64,000 bases of DNA from an uncultured Actinomycetes bacterium (GCA_963742745.1 CAVUND010000018.1:3481-67480), one strand, 5' to 3'; shown: positions 19,517 through 29,115, counted from the first letter of the stretch. The notes: a model not told the origin generated them from the sequence alone. Numbers and translations: made by a program.

Positions 19517-20364
19517 CCACCGCCGTCCGCGCGGAGCCCGCCCCTGCTGCAGCCGTCAAGGAGATCCCGGCCGCGCAGCGCGTCTTCTTCGTGGTCATCG
19601 CCGTGGCCGCGCTGTTCGTGGCCTACCTCGGCCTCGTCACCCCGGCGAACATGGATCGCTCGTTCACGTGGGCGGTCCTGCCGCCGCTGCATGCCGGCTT
19701 CGTGGGGATGCTCTACCTCTTCGGCGGCGTCTTCATGGTCGGCTGCGTGCTGGCCCGGCGCCGGTCGCAGGTGTCCGGTGCGCTGCCGGCGATCGCGCTC
19801 TTCACGAGCCTGCTGCTGCTGGCCACCGTCCTGAACTCCGAGGCGTTTGACTTCGATCTGGCCCCCGTCTGGGTCTGGACGCTCTCGTACACGATCTACC
19901 CCGCCATCGCCGTGCTGCTGATCTGGCGGGCACGGGCCCACCGCCCCGCGGACGCCGGCGCCGGCGCCGGCGCGCTGCCGTCCTGGGCGCGCACGTTCCT
20001 GCAGGCGCAGGCCGTCGTCTTCGCGCTCGTCGGCCTGGCGTTGCTCATCGCGCCGTCCGCGATGGTCGACGCCTGGCCGTGGCCGATCTCGGCCGGCCTG
20101 GCCCAGTTCTATGGCGGCCCGTTCCTCGCCTACGCGGTATGCAGCCGGCACTACGCCGGCAAGCCGGCGTGGGCCGATCTGGCGGCGATCGTGCCGGCGA
20201 TGCTCGTCTTCACAAGCGGAACGATCGTCGTGTCGCTGCAGCACAGCGAGCTGTTCTCGAGTTCCGACCTCGCCGCCTGGGTCTGGTTCGGCGGCTTCGG
20301 AGCAGCGGCGGCCATGCTGCTCGTCACGACCGTCCGGGCGCTCAGACGAACTCCTCGTCGATGA
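19507..20364 (+). CDS. Polytopic membrane protein (about 8 TM), unknown function
   Basis: ATG at 19507 has GAGGAG 8 nt upstream. Repeated hydrophobic segments include FFVVIAVAALFVAYLGLV, FVGMLYLFGGVFMVGCVLA and ALPAIALFTSLLLLATVL. The 757-aa track ORF is overextended. Confidence 0.65.
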   Translation: MSVATAVRAEPAPAAAVKEIPAAQRVFFVVIAVAALFVAYLGLVTPANMDRSFTWAVLPPLHAGFVGMLYLFGGVFMVGCVLARRRSQVSGALPAIALFTSLLLLATVLNSEAFDFDLAPVWVWTLSYTIYPAIAVLLIWRARAHRPADAGAGAGALPSWARTFLQAQAVVFALVGLALLIAPSAMVDAWPWPISAGLAQFYGGPFLAYAVCSRHYAGKPAWADLAAIVPAMLVFTSGTIVVSLQHSELFSSSDLAAWVWFGGFGAAAAMLLVTTVRALRRTPRR

Positions 20365-21592
20365 CACGGATCGCCCGCGGCGGCGAGCGCAGGAAGTCCA
20401 GCCCGGCGATCTCGTCGACGGCGGCGAAGAACTGCGACTCGAGTACGGGATGCACGACCATCACGAGGCGTGCCTTCTCGCCCAGGCCCTTCTGCACGAC
20501 CGACTTGATCGAGGCGCCGTGCTCGCCGAGCACGAGCGCGACCTGCGCGAGCACGCCCGGCCGGTCGGCGACCTCCATGTGCAGGTAGAAGGAGCACTCG
20601 ACGTCATCGATGATCTCCAGCGCCTGTGTCGTCTCGGGCGTCGAGGCGGGCGGGATCATCGCGCTGACGACATCGCCGAGCACGGCGCTCGCCGTCTGCG
20701 GTCCGCCGGCGCCGGGTCCCGACATCGTGATCTCCGTGATCGCCGCGGACTCGACCGTGACCGCGTTGAACGGCCCGTGCACGCTGGCCAGCGGATGGCC
20801 GGAGTACAGAAACGCGGGATGAACGCGCACGGCGAGCTTGCCGTCGATCCGCTCGGCCGTCCCGATGAGCTTCAGGCCGAGGCGCAGCTCGTGGGCGTAC
20901 TCCATGTCGTCGGCGGTGATCTGCTCGATGCCCTCATAGGTGACCTGGTCGATGTGGACCGGGGTGTCGAAGGCCAGCCGCGCGATGATCGCCATCTTCG
21001 CGGCCGCGTCCTTGCCGTTGACGTCCTCGGTCGGGTCGGCCTCGGCGTAGCCCAGCCGCTGCGCGTCGGCGAGCGCGTCGCCGTAGGAGCAGCCGGTGCG
21101 GGCCATCTCGGAGAGGATGTAGTTCGTCGTGCCATTGACGATGCCGTGCACGCGGTCGACGTGGGCGCCCGCCAGCGACTCCTGCAGCACCCGGATGACC
21201 GGCACGACGCCGGCGACCGCGGCCTCGAAGCGCAGTTGCACGCCGTGCTCGCGCGCGGCGCCCCACAGCTCCTCGCCGTGCTGGCTGAGCAGCTGCTTGT
21301 TGGCCGTCACGACGTGGCGGCCCGCGCGCATCGCCCGCAGCACGTACTCGCGCGCCGGCTCGAGGCCGCCGATGAGTTCGACGACGAGGTCGCAGCCCGC
21401 GAGGATCTCGTCGAAGTCACCGCGCGAGCGCGTGAGGATGCCGCTGATCTGCGGCCGCAGGCCGGTGATCGCGGCGACGTGCTCGGCGCGCTGCTCCAGC
21501 AGGGTCTCGAATGCCGCGCCGACGGTGCCGTGGCCGAGCAGACCGATCGTGAAACTCGCGCCCGGGCGCGGCGGCTGCGGTTCAGTCGACAT
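20342..21592 (-). CDS. hom: Homoserine dehydrogenase with C-terminal ACT domain
   Basis: Motifs: IGLLGHGTVGAAF ... VVTANKQLL ... FEAAVAGVVPVI ... IVNGTTNYILSEM ... AQRLGYAEADPTEDVNGKDAAAKMAI. Confidence 0.93.
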   Translation of the reverse strand: MSTEPQPPRPGASFTIGLLGHGTVGAAFETLLEQRAEHVAAITGLRPQISGILTRSRGDFDEILAGCDLVVELIGGLEPAREYVLRAMRAGRHVVTANKQLLSQHGEELWGAAREHGVQLRFEAAVAGVVPVIRVLQESLAGAHVDRVHGIVNGTTNYILSEMARTGCSYGDALADAQRLGYAEADPTEDVNGKDAAAKMAIIARLAFDTPVHIDQVTYEGIEQITADDMEYAHELRLGLKLIGTAERIDGKLAVRVHPAFLYSGHPLASVHGPFNAVTVESAAITEITMSGPGAGGPQTASAVLGDVVSAMIPPASTPETTQALEIIDDVECSFYLHMEVADRPGVLAQVALVLGEHGASIKSVVQKGLGEKARLVMVVHPVLESQFFAAVDEIAGLDFLRSPPRAIRVIDEEFV

Positions 21593-22847
21593 CGCGCGTG
21601 AACAGGTCGTCGTAGGTCTCGCGCCGCACGACCACCCGCGCGTCGCCCTGGGAGACCATGATCACCGGCGGGCGCGGGACGCCGTTGTAGTTGTTGGCCA
21701 TCGCGTGGCCGTAGGCGCCGGTGGCCGGCGTGACGACGACGTCGCCCACGCGCGGGTCGTTGAGATGCGCCTCGCGCACGATCACGTCACCGGACTCGCA
21801 GTGCTTGCCGGTCAGCCGCGCGAGCGTGCCACCGCCGAAGCGGTCGGCGATCTGCGCCTCGTAGACCGACCCGTAGAGCATCGGTCGCAGGTTGTCGGAC
21901 ATGCCCCCGTCGACGGCGACCCACGTCGAGACGTTGCGCTTGACGCTCTGCACGGTGTACAGGGTGACCGTCGAGTTGGCGACGAGGGCGCGGCCGGGCT
22001 CGTCGAGGATCCGCTTGCCGGGGCCCAGCGCGCGGTTGACCGCGTCGACCTTCGCCGCGACGTAGTCGGCGATCCGCGGCGGCTCGTGCTCGGCCGTGTA
22101 GGCGACGCCGAGCCCGCCGCCGAGGTTGTACGTGCCGAAGTCGCCGAGGTCGGCGATCGCCTCGATCGCCAGCCGAAACGGCTCGAGCTCGAGGATCTGC
22201 GAGCCGATGTGCATGTGCAGGCCGACGAGGTCCAAGGTGGCGCTGTCCCGCACGCGTGCGATCGCCGCCGGAGCGTCGGCCATCGAGAAGCCGAACTTCG
22301 AGTCGGCCTGGCCGGTGGAGATCTTGTCGTTCGTGCGGCCGCGCACGTCGGGCGTGACGCGCAGCAGCACCGGCTGCGGCGGCCCCTCACCGACGACCGC
22401 CTCCAGCCGCTCGATCTCGTCGGCGTTGTCGATGACGATGTGGCCGACGCCCGACTCGCGCGCGAAGCGCAGCTCGTCGAGCGACTTGGCGTTGCCGTGC
22501 ATGTAGATCCGCGCCGGATCGAAGCCGCCACGCAGCGCCAGCGCCAGCTCGCCGCCGGAGGCGACGTCGCAGGCGATCCCCTCCTCGGCGAGCACGCGGT
22601 AGATCGCCGTGCAGGGAAACGCCTTGGAGGCGAAGAGGACGTCGAAGTCCTTCGTGCGGGCCTGAAACGCCTCGACGAAGGTCTGCGCACGTGCGCGCAG
22701 GTCGTCCTCGACGACGACGTAGGCCGGTGTGCCGAACTCGCGAGCGAGCTCGACGGCGTCGCAGCCGCCCAGCTGCAGGCGCCCGTCCTCGTCGACGCGG
22801 CTGCCGATCGGATAGGCCTGGGAGAGCTGGGTGCGGGTCGCGGGCAT
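21582..22847 (-). CDS. lysA: Diaminopimelate decarboxylase
   Basis: Motifs: FGTPAYVVVEDDL ... FASKAFPCTAI ... DVASGGELALAL ... HMHIGSQI ... YNLGGGLGVAY ... CESGD. Overlaps the hom start by 11 nt. Confidence 0.93.
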   Translation of the reverse strand: MPATRTQLSQAYPIGSRVDEDGRLQLGGCDAVELAREFGTPAYVVVEDDLRARAQTFVEAFQARTKDFDVLFASKAFPCTAIYRVLAEEGIACDVASGGELALALRGGFDPARIYMHGNAKSLDELRFARESGVGHIVIDNADEIERLEAVVGEGPPQPVLLRVTPDVRGRTNDKISTGQADSKFGFSMADAPAAIARVRDSATLDLVGLHMHIGSQILELEPFRLAIEAIADLGDFGTYNLGGGLGVAYTAEHEPPRIADYVAAKVDAVNRALGPGKRILDEPGRALVANSTVTLYTVQSVKRNVSTWVAVDGGMSDNLRPMLYGSVYEAQIADRFGGGTLARLTGKHCESGDVIVREAHLNDPRVGDVVVTPATGAYGHAMANNYNGVPRPPVIMVSQGDARVVVRRETYDDLFTRDVD

Positions 22848-22911
22848 GCGGCTCGCAGAGTATGCAAGTCAGGTTTTCGAGGCCCGCCGCGGTCGCGGGT
22901 GCGGGTGCGGC

Positions 22912-23349
22912 TCAGGCGTCGGGCAGCGTCTTGCCGTCGCCCATCGCAGCCTCGCGCCGGCCGTCGCCGTCGTTGGGGTTCATGAGGAAGATCTCCACTG
23001 CGACGTCCGGTTCGTGCAGGTTGTCGCTGAGAAACGCCTCCACGGTGCGGCCGGTCAGGCGTTCGATCGCGGCGACGAGGTCGTCGCGCATCGTGTCCTG
23101 AAACGCGCGTCGCATCGCCAGGACCTCGATCGACTGGCCGCGATCGGCCAGCGTGCGCTCCGCCTTGGTGAGGCTGTCGCGCAGGGTCACGACGATCGTG
23201 TCGGCGCCGATCGTCGTCCGCGCCCGCGTGGGACCGCGGCCGGTGTAGTCGTGCAGCAACCCGACGACGGCGTTGGAGATCGCGGCCGAGAGCGTGCCTG
23301 TGGACGACCGGACTTCGGGTGCTGCTGGTGCTGCGAGGCTGTCGGGCAT
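22912..23349 (-). CDS. DUF2294-family protein
   Basis: Pattern typical of the family: AISNAVVGLLHDYTGRGPTRARTTIGADTIVVTLRDSLTKAERTL ... TGRTVEAFLSDNLHEPDVAVEIFLM. Confidence 0.7.
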   Translation of the reverse strand: MPDSLAAPAAPEVRSSTGTLSAAISNAVVGLLHDYTGRGPTRARTTIGADTIVVTLRDSLTKAERTLADRGQSIEVLAMRRAFQDTMRDDLVAAIERLTGRTVEAFLSDNLHEPDVAVEIFLMNPNDGDGRREAAMGDGKTLPDA

Positions 23350-23497
23350 GGCGCCCGCTCCGATCTCACCCCCGAGGGAAATGGCGCCGCACGCGAGAAA
23401 CGGGATGAGAGACTAATCGCGCGCCGGAAGCGCAGCTTCTCGTCCAGCGTAGCGCGATTCCGGCCACCTTCGAGTTAAGCCCGCAGGCCCCGTAAGT

Positions 23498-23510
23498 GAG
23501 AACTGTTTTC
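23498..23510. promoter_or_regulatory. Candidate metalloregulator operator (imperfect palindrome)
   Basis: GAGAAC-T-GTTTTC, with 10 of 12 positions palindromic, in a locally AT-rich patch 15 nt upstream of the permease GTG. It resembles Fur/Zur-type GAAAA/TTTTC half sites only loosely. Confidence 0.25.
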
Positions 23511-23524
23511 GATAAGCTCGCCTC

Positions 23525-24346
23525 GTGCGTTGGCTGACCGACCCGCTCGCGACTCCCTTCATGCAGCGCGCGCTGCTCGCCACGCTCCTGCTGGCGGTGG
23601 CGGCCGGCCTGCTCGGCACCTGGATCGTCCTGCGGCGGCTGGCGTTCTTCGCCCACGCGGCCGGCACCGCCACCTTCCCCGGCCTCGTCGTGGCGGGCCC
23701 GTGGGGCATCGCCGCGCCCGTTGCCGCGCTCGGCGCCGGACTCGGGTTCGCCGGCCTGCTGGCGCGCATGACGCGCCGTGGCGCGACGAGCGCCGACGCC
23801 GCGACCGGGCTGCTGCTGACGGCGGCGCTCGCCCTGGGCACGATCCTCGCCAGCGACGTCTACGAGTCCGGCGCCGCCGTCGACCGCCTGCTCTTCGGCA
23901 CCCTGCTGGGCCTCGGCGACGGCGACATCGCGCTCGCCGCCGCCGCCGCGCTCGCGGCGCTGCTCGCCACGGCCGCGCTCGGCCGCACGTGGATCGCCAC
24001 GGGCTTCGACCCCGCGGGCGCGCCCGCGCTGGGCGTGCGTGCGGCCCGCGGCGACCGCCTGCTGCTCGCGCTGCTGGCGCTGACCGTGGTCGCGATCCTG
24101 CCGGCGGTCGGCGCGCTGCTCGTCTCCACGTTGCTCGTCGTCCCCGCGGCGACCGCCCGGCTGCTGACCGGCTCGCTCGCCGGGCTGCTCGCCGTCGCCG
24201 TCGCGCTGGCCGCCGCCGAGGGCGCGGGCGGCCTGCTGCTGGCCTACCACCTCGACCTGCCGCCCGGCCCGGCGATCGCGGTCATCGGCGGCGGGGTGTT
24301 CGCGCTCGCCGCGCTCGCGGGCGCCATGCGGGGGGCGCCGCGATGA
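23525..24346 (+). CDS. ABC-3 family metal (Mn/Zn/Fe chelate type) transporter permease
   Basis: Motifs: FMQRALLATLLLAVAAGLLGTWIVLRRLAFFAHAAGTATFPG ... LLVVPAATARLL. ATGA overlap with the ATPase gene. Confidence 0.85.
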   Translation: MRWLTDPLATPFMQRALLATLLLAVAAGLLGTWIVLRRLAFFAHAAGTATFPGLVVAGPWGIAAPVAALGAGLGFAGLLARMTRRGATSADAATGLLLTAALALGTILASDVYESGAAVDRLLFGTLLGLGDGDIALAAAAALAALLATAALGRTWIATGFDPAGAPALGVRAARGDRLLLALLALTVVAILPAVGALLVSTLLVVPAATARLLTGSLAGLLAVAVALAAAEGAGGLLLAYHLDLPPGPAIAVIGGGVFALAALAGAMRGAPR

Positions 24347-25113
24347 GCGCGGTCGCGACCGCCGCCGCGACGGCAACCGTCGAGGTCAACGGCCTGTCCG
24401 CCTCCTACGACGGCGCCGCCGTCGCGCTGCGCGACGTGACCTTCGCGGCGACCGCCGGCCAGGCCGTCGCCGTCCTGGGACCCAACGGCGGCGGCAAGAC
24501 GACGCTCTTTCGCGCCCTGCTGGGCGAGCTGCCCGCGCTGACGGGCACGGCGACGGTGCACGGCACGATCGCCTACGTCCCGCAGACCGAGCGCTCGCGG
24601 CTTGACTTTCCCGTGAGCGCGCTCGACGTCGCGCTGATGGGCGCCTACGCGCGCACCCCCTGGTATCGCCGGATCGGCGCCCGCGACCGCGCCGCCGCGC
24701 GCGACGCGCTGGAGCGCGTCGGGCTAGCCGATCGCGCGGCGACCCGCTTCGGCGCGCTGTCGGGCGGCCAGCGCCAGCGCGTCCTCATCGCCCGCGCGCT
24801 CGTGCAGGACGCGCGGGTGCTGCTGCTCGACGAGCCGTTCGCCGGCGTCGACCGCACGAGCGAGGAGGCGATCATGGGCATCCTCGACGAGCTGCGCGCG
24901 GAGGGCCGGGTGCTGCTGATCGCCACCCACGACGTCGAGCAGGCCCGCGGCTGGGATCGCGTCCTGTGCCTCGCCGGCGCCCAGATCGCCTACGGCCCGC
25001 CGGCCGAGACGCTGACGAACGCCGTCCTCGAGGGAACGTACGGCGAGGAGATCGTGATGCTCGACTGCGGCCACCGCGCGGTCGCCATCCAGCACCACTC
25101 GCACACGCACTAG
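24343..25113 (+). CDS. Metal ABC transporter ATP-binding protein
   Basis: Walker A GPNGGGKTT, signature LSGGQRQR, Walker B LLLDEP, and a His-rich tail QHHSHTH. Confidence 0.9.
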   Translation: MSAVATAAATATVEVNGLSASYDGAAVALRDVTFAATAGQAVAVLGPNGGGKTTLFRALLGELPALTGTATVHGTIAYVPQTERSRLDFPVSALDVALMGAYARTPWYRRIGARDRAAARDALERVGLADRAATRFGALSGGQRQRVLIARALVQDARVLLLDEPFAGVDRTSEEAIMGILDELRAEGRVLLIATHDVEQARGWDRVLCLAGAQIAYGPPAETLTNAVLEGTYGEEIVMLDCGHRAVAIQHHSHTH

Positions 25114-25117
25114 CGCC

Positions 25118-25960
25118 ATGGAGATCCTTCGCTCAGGCCTGCTGCAGCGCGCGCTCCTGGAGGTGGTGATCCTCGGCGCGACGTGCGGGGCGCTCGGCGT
25201 CTGGCTGCTGCACCTGCGCCACACCTACGCGGCCGAGTCGCTGGCGCACGCGATGCTGCCGGGGCTCGTCGTCGCCGCGCTCGTCGGCGCGCCGTTGCTG
25301 CTCGGCGCCGCCGGCGGCGTGCTCGTCGCCGCGGCGCTCATCGCGCTCGCTGCGCGCGACACGCGCGTGGGCGCCGAGGTCGCCGTCGGCGTGACGGTGA
25401 CGACGGCGTTCGGCCTCGGCGCCGTCCTGGCGCTCGCCCCCGACGTCCCGGCGCGGCTGGGCGAGCTGCTGTTCGGCGACCTGCTCGGCACGAGCACGAC
25501 GGACCTCGTCGCCGCCTGCACGCTGGGCGCGGGCGTCGGCCTCGCGCTCTGCGCCGGGCACCGCTCGCTGGCGGCGGCCGTGTTCGACCCGCTCGCGGCG
25601 CCCTCGCTCGGCGTGCGCCCCGGCCGCGTCGAGCTGGCCCTGCTGGCCCTGCTCGGGCTCGCCGTCGTCGCCGCCGTGCAGGGGCTCGGCAACCTGCTCG
25701 TGCTGGCGCTCATCGTCGCGCCGGCGGCGGCCGCGATCCGCGTCGGGCGGACGCTCGGCGCGCAGATCGCCCTCGCCGCCGGACTCGGCGCGCTGGCGGG
25801 CCTGCTCGGCCTCGTCGCCAGCGCCGAGCTCGACGTCGCCGCCGGCGCGTCGGTCGCGCTCGCCGCGATCGGGCTGTGGCTGCTCGCCGCGCTGCTCGCG
25901 CCGGGGGCGCCGCGCGCGGCCGGGCCGCGGCGCTCGCTCGTCGAGACCCTAGGCGGTTGA
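25118..25960 (+). CDS. ABC-3 family metal transporter permease (second subunit)
   Basis: Motifs: LLQRALLEVVILGATCGALGVWLLHLRHTYAAESLAHAMLPG ... LALIVAPAAAAIRV. Confidence 0.85.
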   Translation: MEILRSGLLQRALLEVVILGATCGALGVWLLHLRHTYAAESLAHAMLPGLVVAALVGAPLLLGAAGGVLVAAALIALAARDTRVGAEVAVGVTVTTAFGLGAVLALAPDVPARLGELLFGDLLGTSTTDLVAACTLGAGVGLALCAGHRSLAAAVFDPLAAPSLGVRPGRVELALLALLGLAVVAAVQGLGNLLVLALIVAPAAAAIRVGRTLGAQIALAAGLGALAGLLGLVASAELDVAAGASVALAAIGLWLLAALLAPGAPRAAGPRRSLVETLGG

Positions 25961-26749
25961 GGGCGCGGCGGCCGGCGCCGGCTCGCCCGGCTCGTCGGGC
26001 GCGCGGCGGATCCCGCCGGACTGTGCTGCGCGCCGCAGCCACACCCCGCCGGCGACGATCATCACCAGGCTCAGCAGCTGCGCCTCGGTGAGCCCGGCGA
26101 CGACCGCGTCGTTGCGGCGCACGAACTCGACGAGGAAGCGCTCGGTGCCGGCCCCGACGAGATAGCACGCGAACAGCAGGCCGGGGCGCAGCGCGTGGCG
26201 CGCGCGCCACAGCCCCCACGCGAGCAGGCACATCGCGAGCGTCTCGTAGATCGGCGTCGGGTGCACGGCCTCGAGCGTCGGCACGACACCGTCGGGATAG
26301 GCCATGCCCCAGGGCAGGTCGGTCGGGCCGCCGTAGTCGCCGTCGCCGGAGAGCTGGCAGCCGATGCGGCCGACCGCGTAGCCGATCGCGAGCGCGGGCG
26401 CGCAGGCGTCCAGCAGCGTGACGTTGAACATGCCGCGCCGGCGCGCCCACAGCAGGACGCCCGCCGCGCCGCCCAGCAGGCCGCCGAACCAGACGAGGCC
26501 CGAGCCGCCGAAGATGCCGCCGATGACGTCGTCGCCGACCTCGTCGAGGTTGCCGAGGATCCAGTACAGCCGCGCGCCGATGAGCCCGCCGACGAGCGCC
26601 GCGAAGACCATCTCATAGGCCCAGTCCGGCGGCTTGCCGAGCTCGACGAGGCGCCGGCCGACGACCGCGCCCGAGACGACGAACGCCAGGCCGAAGCACA
26701 TGCCGAACGTCTTCAGGGACAGGCCGAGGATCTCGATCTCGGGCTGCAT
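25949..26749 (-). CDS. lgt: Prolipoprotein diacylglyceryl transferase
   Basis: Motifs: GYAVGRIGCQLSGDGDYG ... HPTPIYETL ... GAGTERFLVEFVR. Confidence 0.9.
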   Translation of the reverse strand: MQPEIEILGLSLKTFGMCFGLAFVVSGAVVGRRLVELGKPPDWAYEMVFAALVGGLIGARLYWILGNLDEVGDDVIGGIFGGSGLVWFGGLLGGAAGVLLWARRRGMFNVTLLDACAPALAIGYAVGRIGCQLSGDGDYGGPTDLPWGMAYPDGVVPTLEAVHPTPIYETLAMCLLAWGLWRARHALRPGLLFACYLVGAGTERFLVEFVRRNDAVVAGLTEAQLLSLVMIVAGGVWLRRAAQSGGIRRAPDEPGEPAPAAAPSTA

Positions 26750-26795
26750 GCGGCGGGAGGTTAGCCGCCGCCGGCGCGCCGGGGTGTCGCTGGAG

Positions 26796-28002
26796 CTACA
26801 GGTAGCCCATCGGGTTCACCGGCGAGCCGCCGACGCGCACCTCGAAATGCAGGTGCGCCCCGAACGAGTGGCCGGTGTTGCCGACGTAGCCGATGACCTG
26901 GCCCTGGCTGACGCTCGCCCCCACGCTCGTGCCGAAGCGCGACTGGTGTGCGTAGCACGTCGACATGCTGGCGCGTGTGCTGGACGCAGGTGTAGTTGCC
27001 GTACCCGCCGGAGGCCCCGGTGCCCTGCATGAGCACGACGCGGCCGGAGTCGGCGGCGTGGATCGGCGTCCCCTCACCGGCACTGATGTCGATCCCGGCG
27101 TGCAGGCGGCCCCAGCGCTGGCCGAACGGCGAGCTCATCGTGCCGTTGACCGGCCAGATCATGCTGCCGTTGCCGCGCCGGATCGGCAGGTCGCCGGCAT
27201 ACCGGCCCTGGGCGGCCGCCAGCTGGTTGGCGATCTTCTGCGACGCGGCCTCGAGCCCGTCGACGTGCTCCTCGAGGTGCTGGCGATCCGCGCGCACATT
27301 GCTCAGCGCGGCGGCCTTGCCGTCCTTCGTGCGCGTGTAGCCGACCCGCGTGCCGACCAGCTGCATCCTGACCTCGGAGATCTCGTCGCGGCGCTTCTGG
27401 ACGATCGCGGTGACGACCCGCTGGCGGCGCTCGAGCTTGGCCAGGCGCTTTTCGGTCGAGATCGCGTCGGTCTTGGCGTCGCGCACCGTCGTCACGATCC
27501 GCTTGTCCTGATCGGAGATGCGCTTGATGAACTCGCCGCGCTCCAGCAGGTCGGTGAAGCCATCGGAGTTCAGGACGACCGTGACCATGTCCGGCGGCTC
27601 GGCCTTGTAGATCTCGACGAGGCGCTCGCGCAGCTGGGTGCGCGTCACGTCCAGCCGCTTGCGCAGACGCACGAGCCGGGCGCGCTCGCTGCGCAGGTCG
27701 GTGCGCAGGCCTTCGAGCTCGGTGCGCTTGGCGTCGAGGTCGGTCTGCACGCGCTGCTGGCGCGTCTGCAGCGTCGCGATCTTTCCCTGCAGCCGGCGGA
27801 TGCGGCGGTCGTAGCCCTCGATCTGCTGGCGCAGCGCACGCTCGGTGCCCTTCTTGCGGCCGATCTTCTCGCGGGCGCTGTTGATCTTCGACTGCAGCTC
27901 GCTGAGCTCCTGCTGCTTGGACTTGCCCGAGGACGGCATCGGCAGCACGGCCCACAGCAGAAGCGGCAGCGCGATGGCTGTCAGGAGAAGGCGGACGCGC
28001 AT
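26796..28002 (-). CDS. M23 peptidoglycan DD-metalloendopeptidase with N-terminal coiled coil (EnvC-like); apparent one-base insertion near 26967-26975
   Basis: Signal: [21 protein letters not shown]. Long Q/R/E/L-rich coiled coil. M23 core: [41 protein letters not shown] ... [12 protein letters not shown], continuing in the next frame as [56 protein letters not shown]. Length is 1207 nt, which is 3n+1. Confidence 0.8.
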
Positions 28003-28196
28003 GCGAACGCCGAGTCTAGGTTTGCGCTGCACAGCCAACCAAGCCGGCACCTCGGGTTATGGAGCCTTGCGAGCGACCTTGCGAATGATGGGACCGGCGC
28101 TCGCGTTCCCCGCGCCCTTGCAGGGAGATCGGTGACCGACCCTAGCAATGCGCCAAACCGGGCAAGCCGGTCGGCGCGCTCTGCCAGAATGGATGC

Positions 28197-29105
28197 ATGG
28201 CTGCCACGAAGACGACGTTCACACGCGACGCGGGACTGCAGTCGCGAATGCTGCTCACGATGTTCCTGCTCGGCGCGCTGTACGTCGCGTTCGTCGGCGT
28301 GCTGTTCGCGGCCGGCGTCCAGGGCTTCATGATCCTGCTCATCGCCGGCGGCTTCGCGGCGGTGCAGTTCTTCGCCTCCGACAAGCTCGCGCTGCACTCG
28401 ATGGGCGCGCGCGAGGTTTCGCCGCAGGAGGCGCCGGAGCTGCACGCGATGATCGAGCGCCTGTGCATCCAGGCCGACCTGCCCAAGCCGAAGATCGCCG
28501 TCGCCTACACCGAGATGCCCAACGCCTTCGCGATCGGCAAGTCGCAGAAGAGCGCGACGGTCTGCGCGACGACGGGGATCATGAAGCTGCTCTCCCCCGC
28601 CGAGCTCGAGGGCGTCATGGCGCACGAGCTCGCGCACGTCAAGAACCGCGACGTGATGATCATGACGATCGCCTCGTTCTTCGCCTCGATCGCCGCGATG
28701 ATCGTGCAGTTCGGCTTTCTCTTCGGCGGGGGCGGCCACTCCGACGACGACGACGGCCCCGGCTTCCTCGTGATCCTGCTCGCCTCGGTCGTCGTCTACG
28801 TCCTCTCCTTCCTGCTGATGATGGCCCTGTCGCGCTACCGCGAGTTCAGCGCCGACCGCGGCGCCGCCCTCACCACCGGGCGCCCGAGCGCGCTGGCCTC
28901 GGCGCTGCGCAAGATCTCCTCCGGGATGGACCGCCTGCCCCAGCAGGACCTGCGCGTCGCCAACGAGATGAGCGCGTTCTTCATCGCCTCGCCGAAGAAG
29001 ATCCTCGGCGGCCTGTTCTCCACGCACCCGCCGATGGAGGATCGCATCGAGCAGCTCATGCGGCTCGAGGGCGAGCTGCAGACCGGCACGCTGGCCGCGG
29101 CGTAA
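28197..29105 (+). CDS. htpX: HtpX-family M48 zinc metalloprotease
   Basis: Motifs: MPNAFAIG ... GVMAHELAHVKNRD (HExxH) ... REFSADRGAA ... STHPPMEDRI. Confidence 0.9.
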   Translation: MAATKTTFTRDAGLQSRMLLTMFLLGALYVAFVGVLFAAGVQGFMILLIAGGFAAVQFFASDKLALHSMGAREVSPQEAPELHAMIERLCIQADLPKPKIAVAYTEMPNAFAIGKSQKSATVCATTGIMKLLSPAELEGVMAHELAHVKNRDVMIMTIASFFASIAAMIVQFGFLFGGGGHSDDDDGPGFLVILLASVVVYVLSFLLMMALSRYREFSADRGAALTTGRPSALASALRKISSGMDRLPQQDLRVANEMSAFFIASPKKILGGLFSTHPPMEDRIEQLMRLEGELQTGTLAAA

Positions 29106-29115
29106 GCCCCGCTCG

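Noticed and set aside
23350-23524. Possible metal-sensing riboswitch upstream of the ABC importer
   Set aside because: Complementary segments (ATCGCG/CGCGAT and GCCGGA/TCCGGC) are not nested into a coherent fold. I recognise no conserved riboswitch core. This is left as a search suggestion only.
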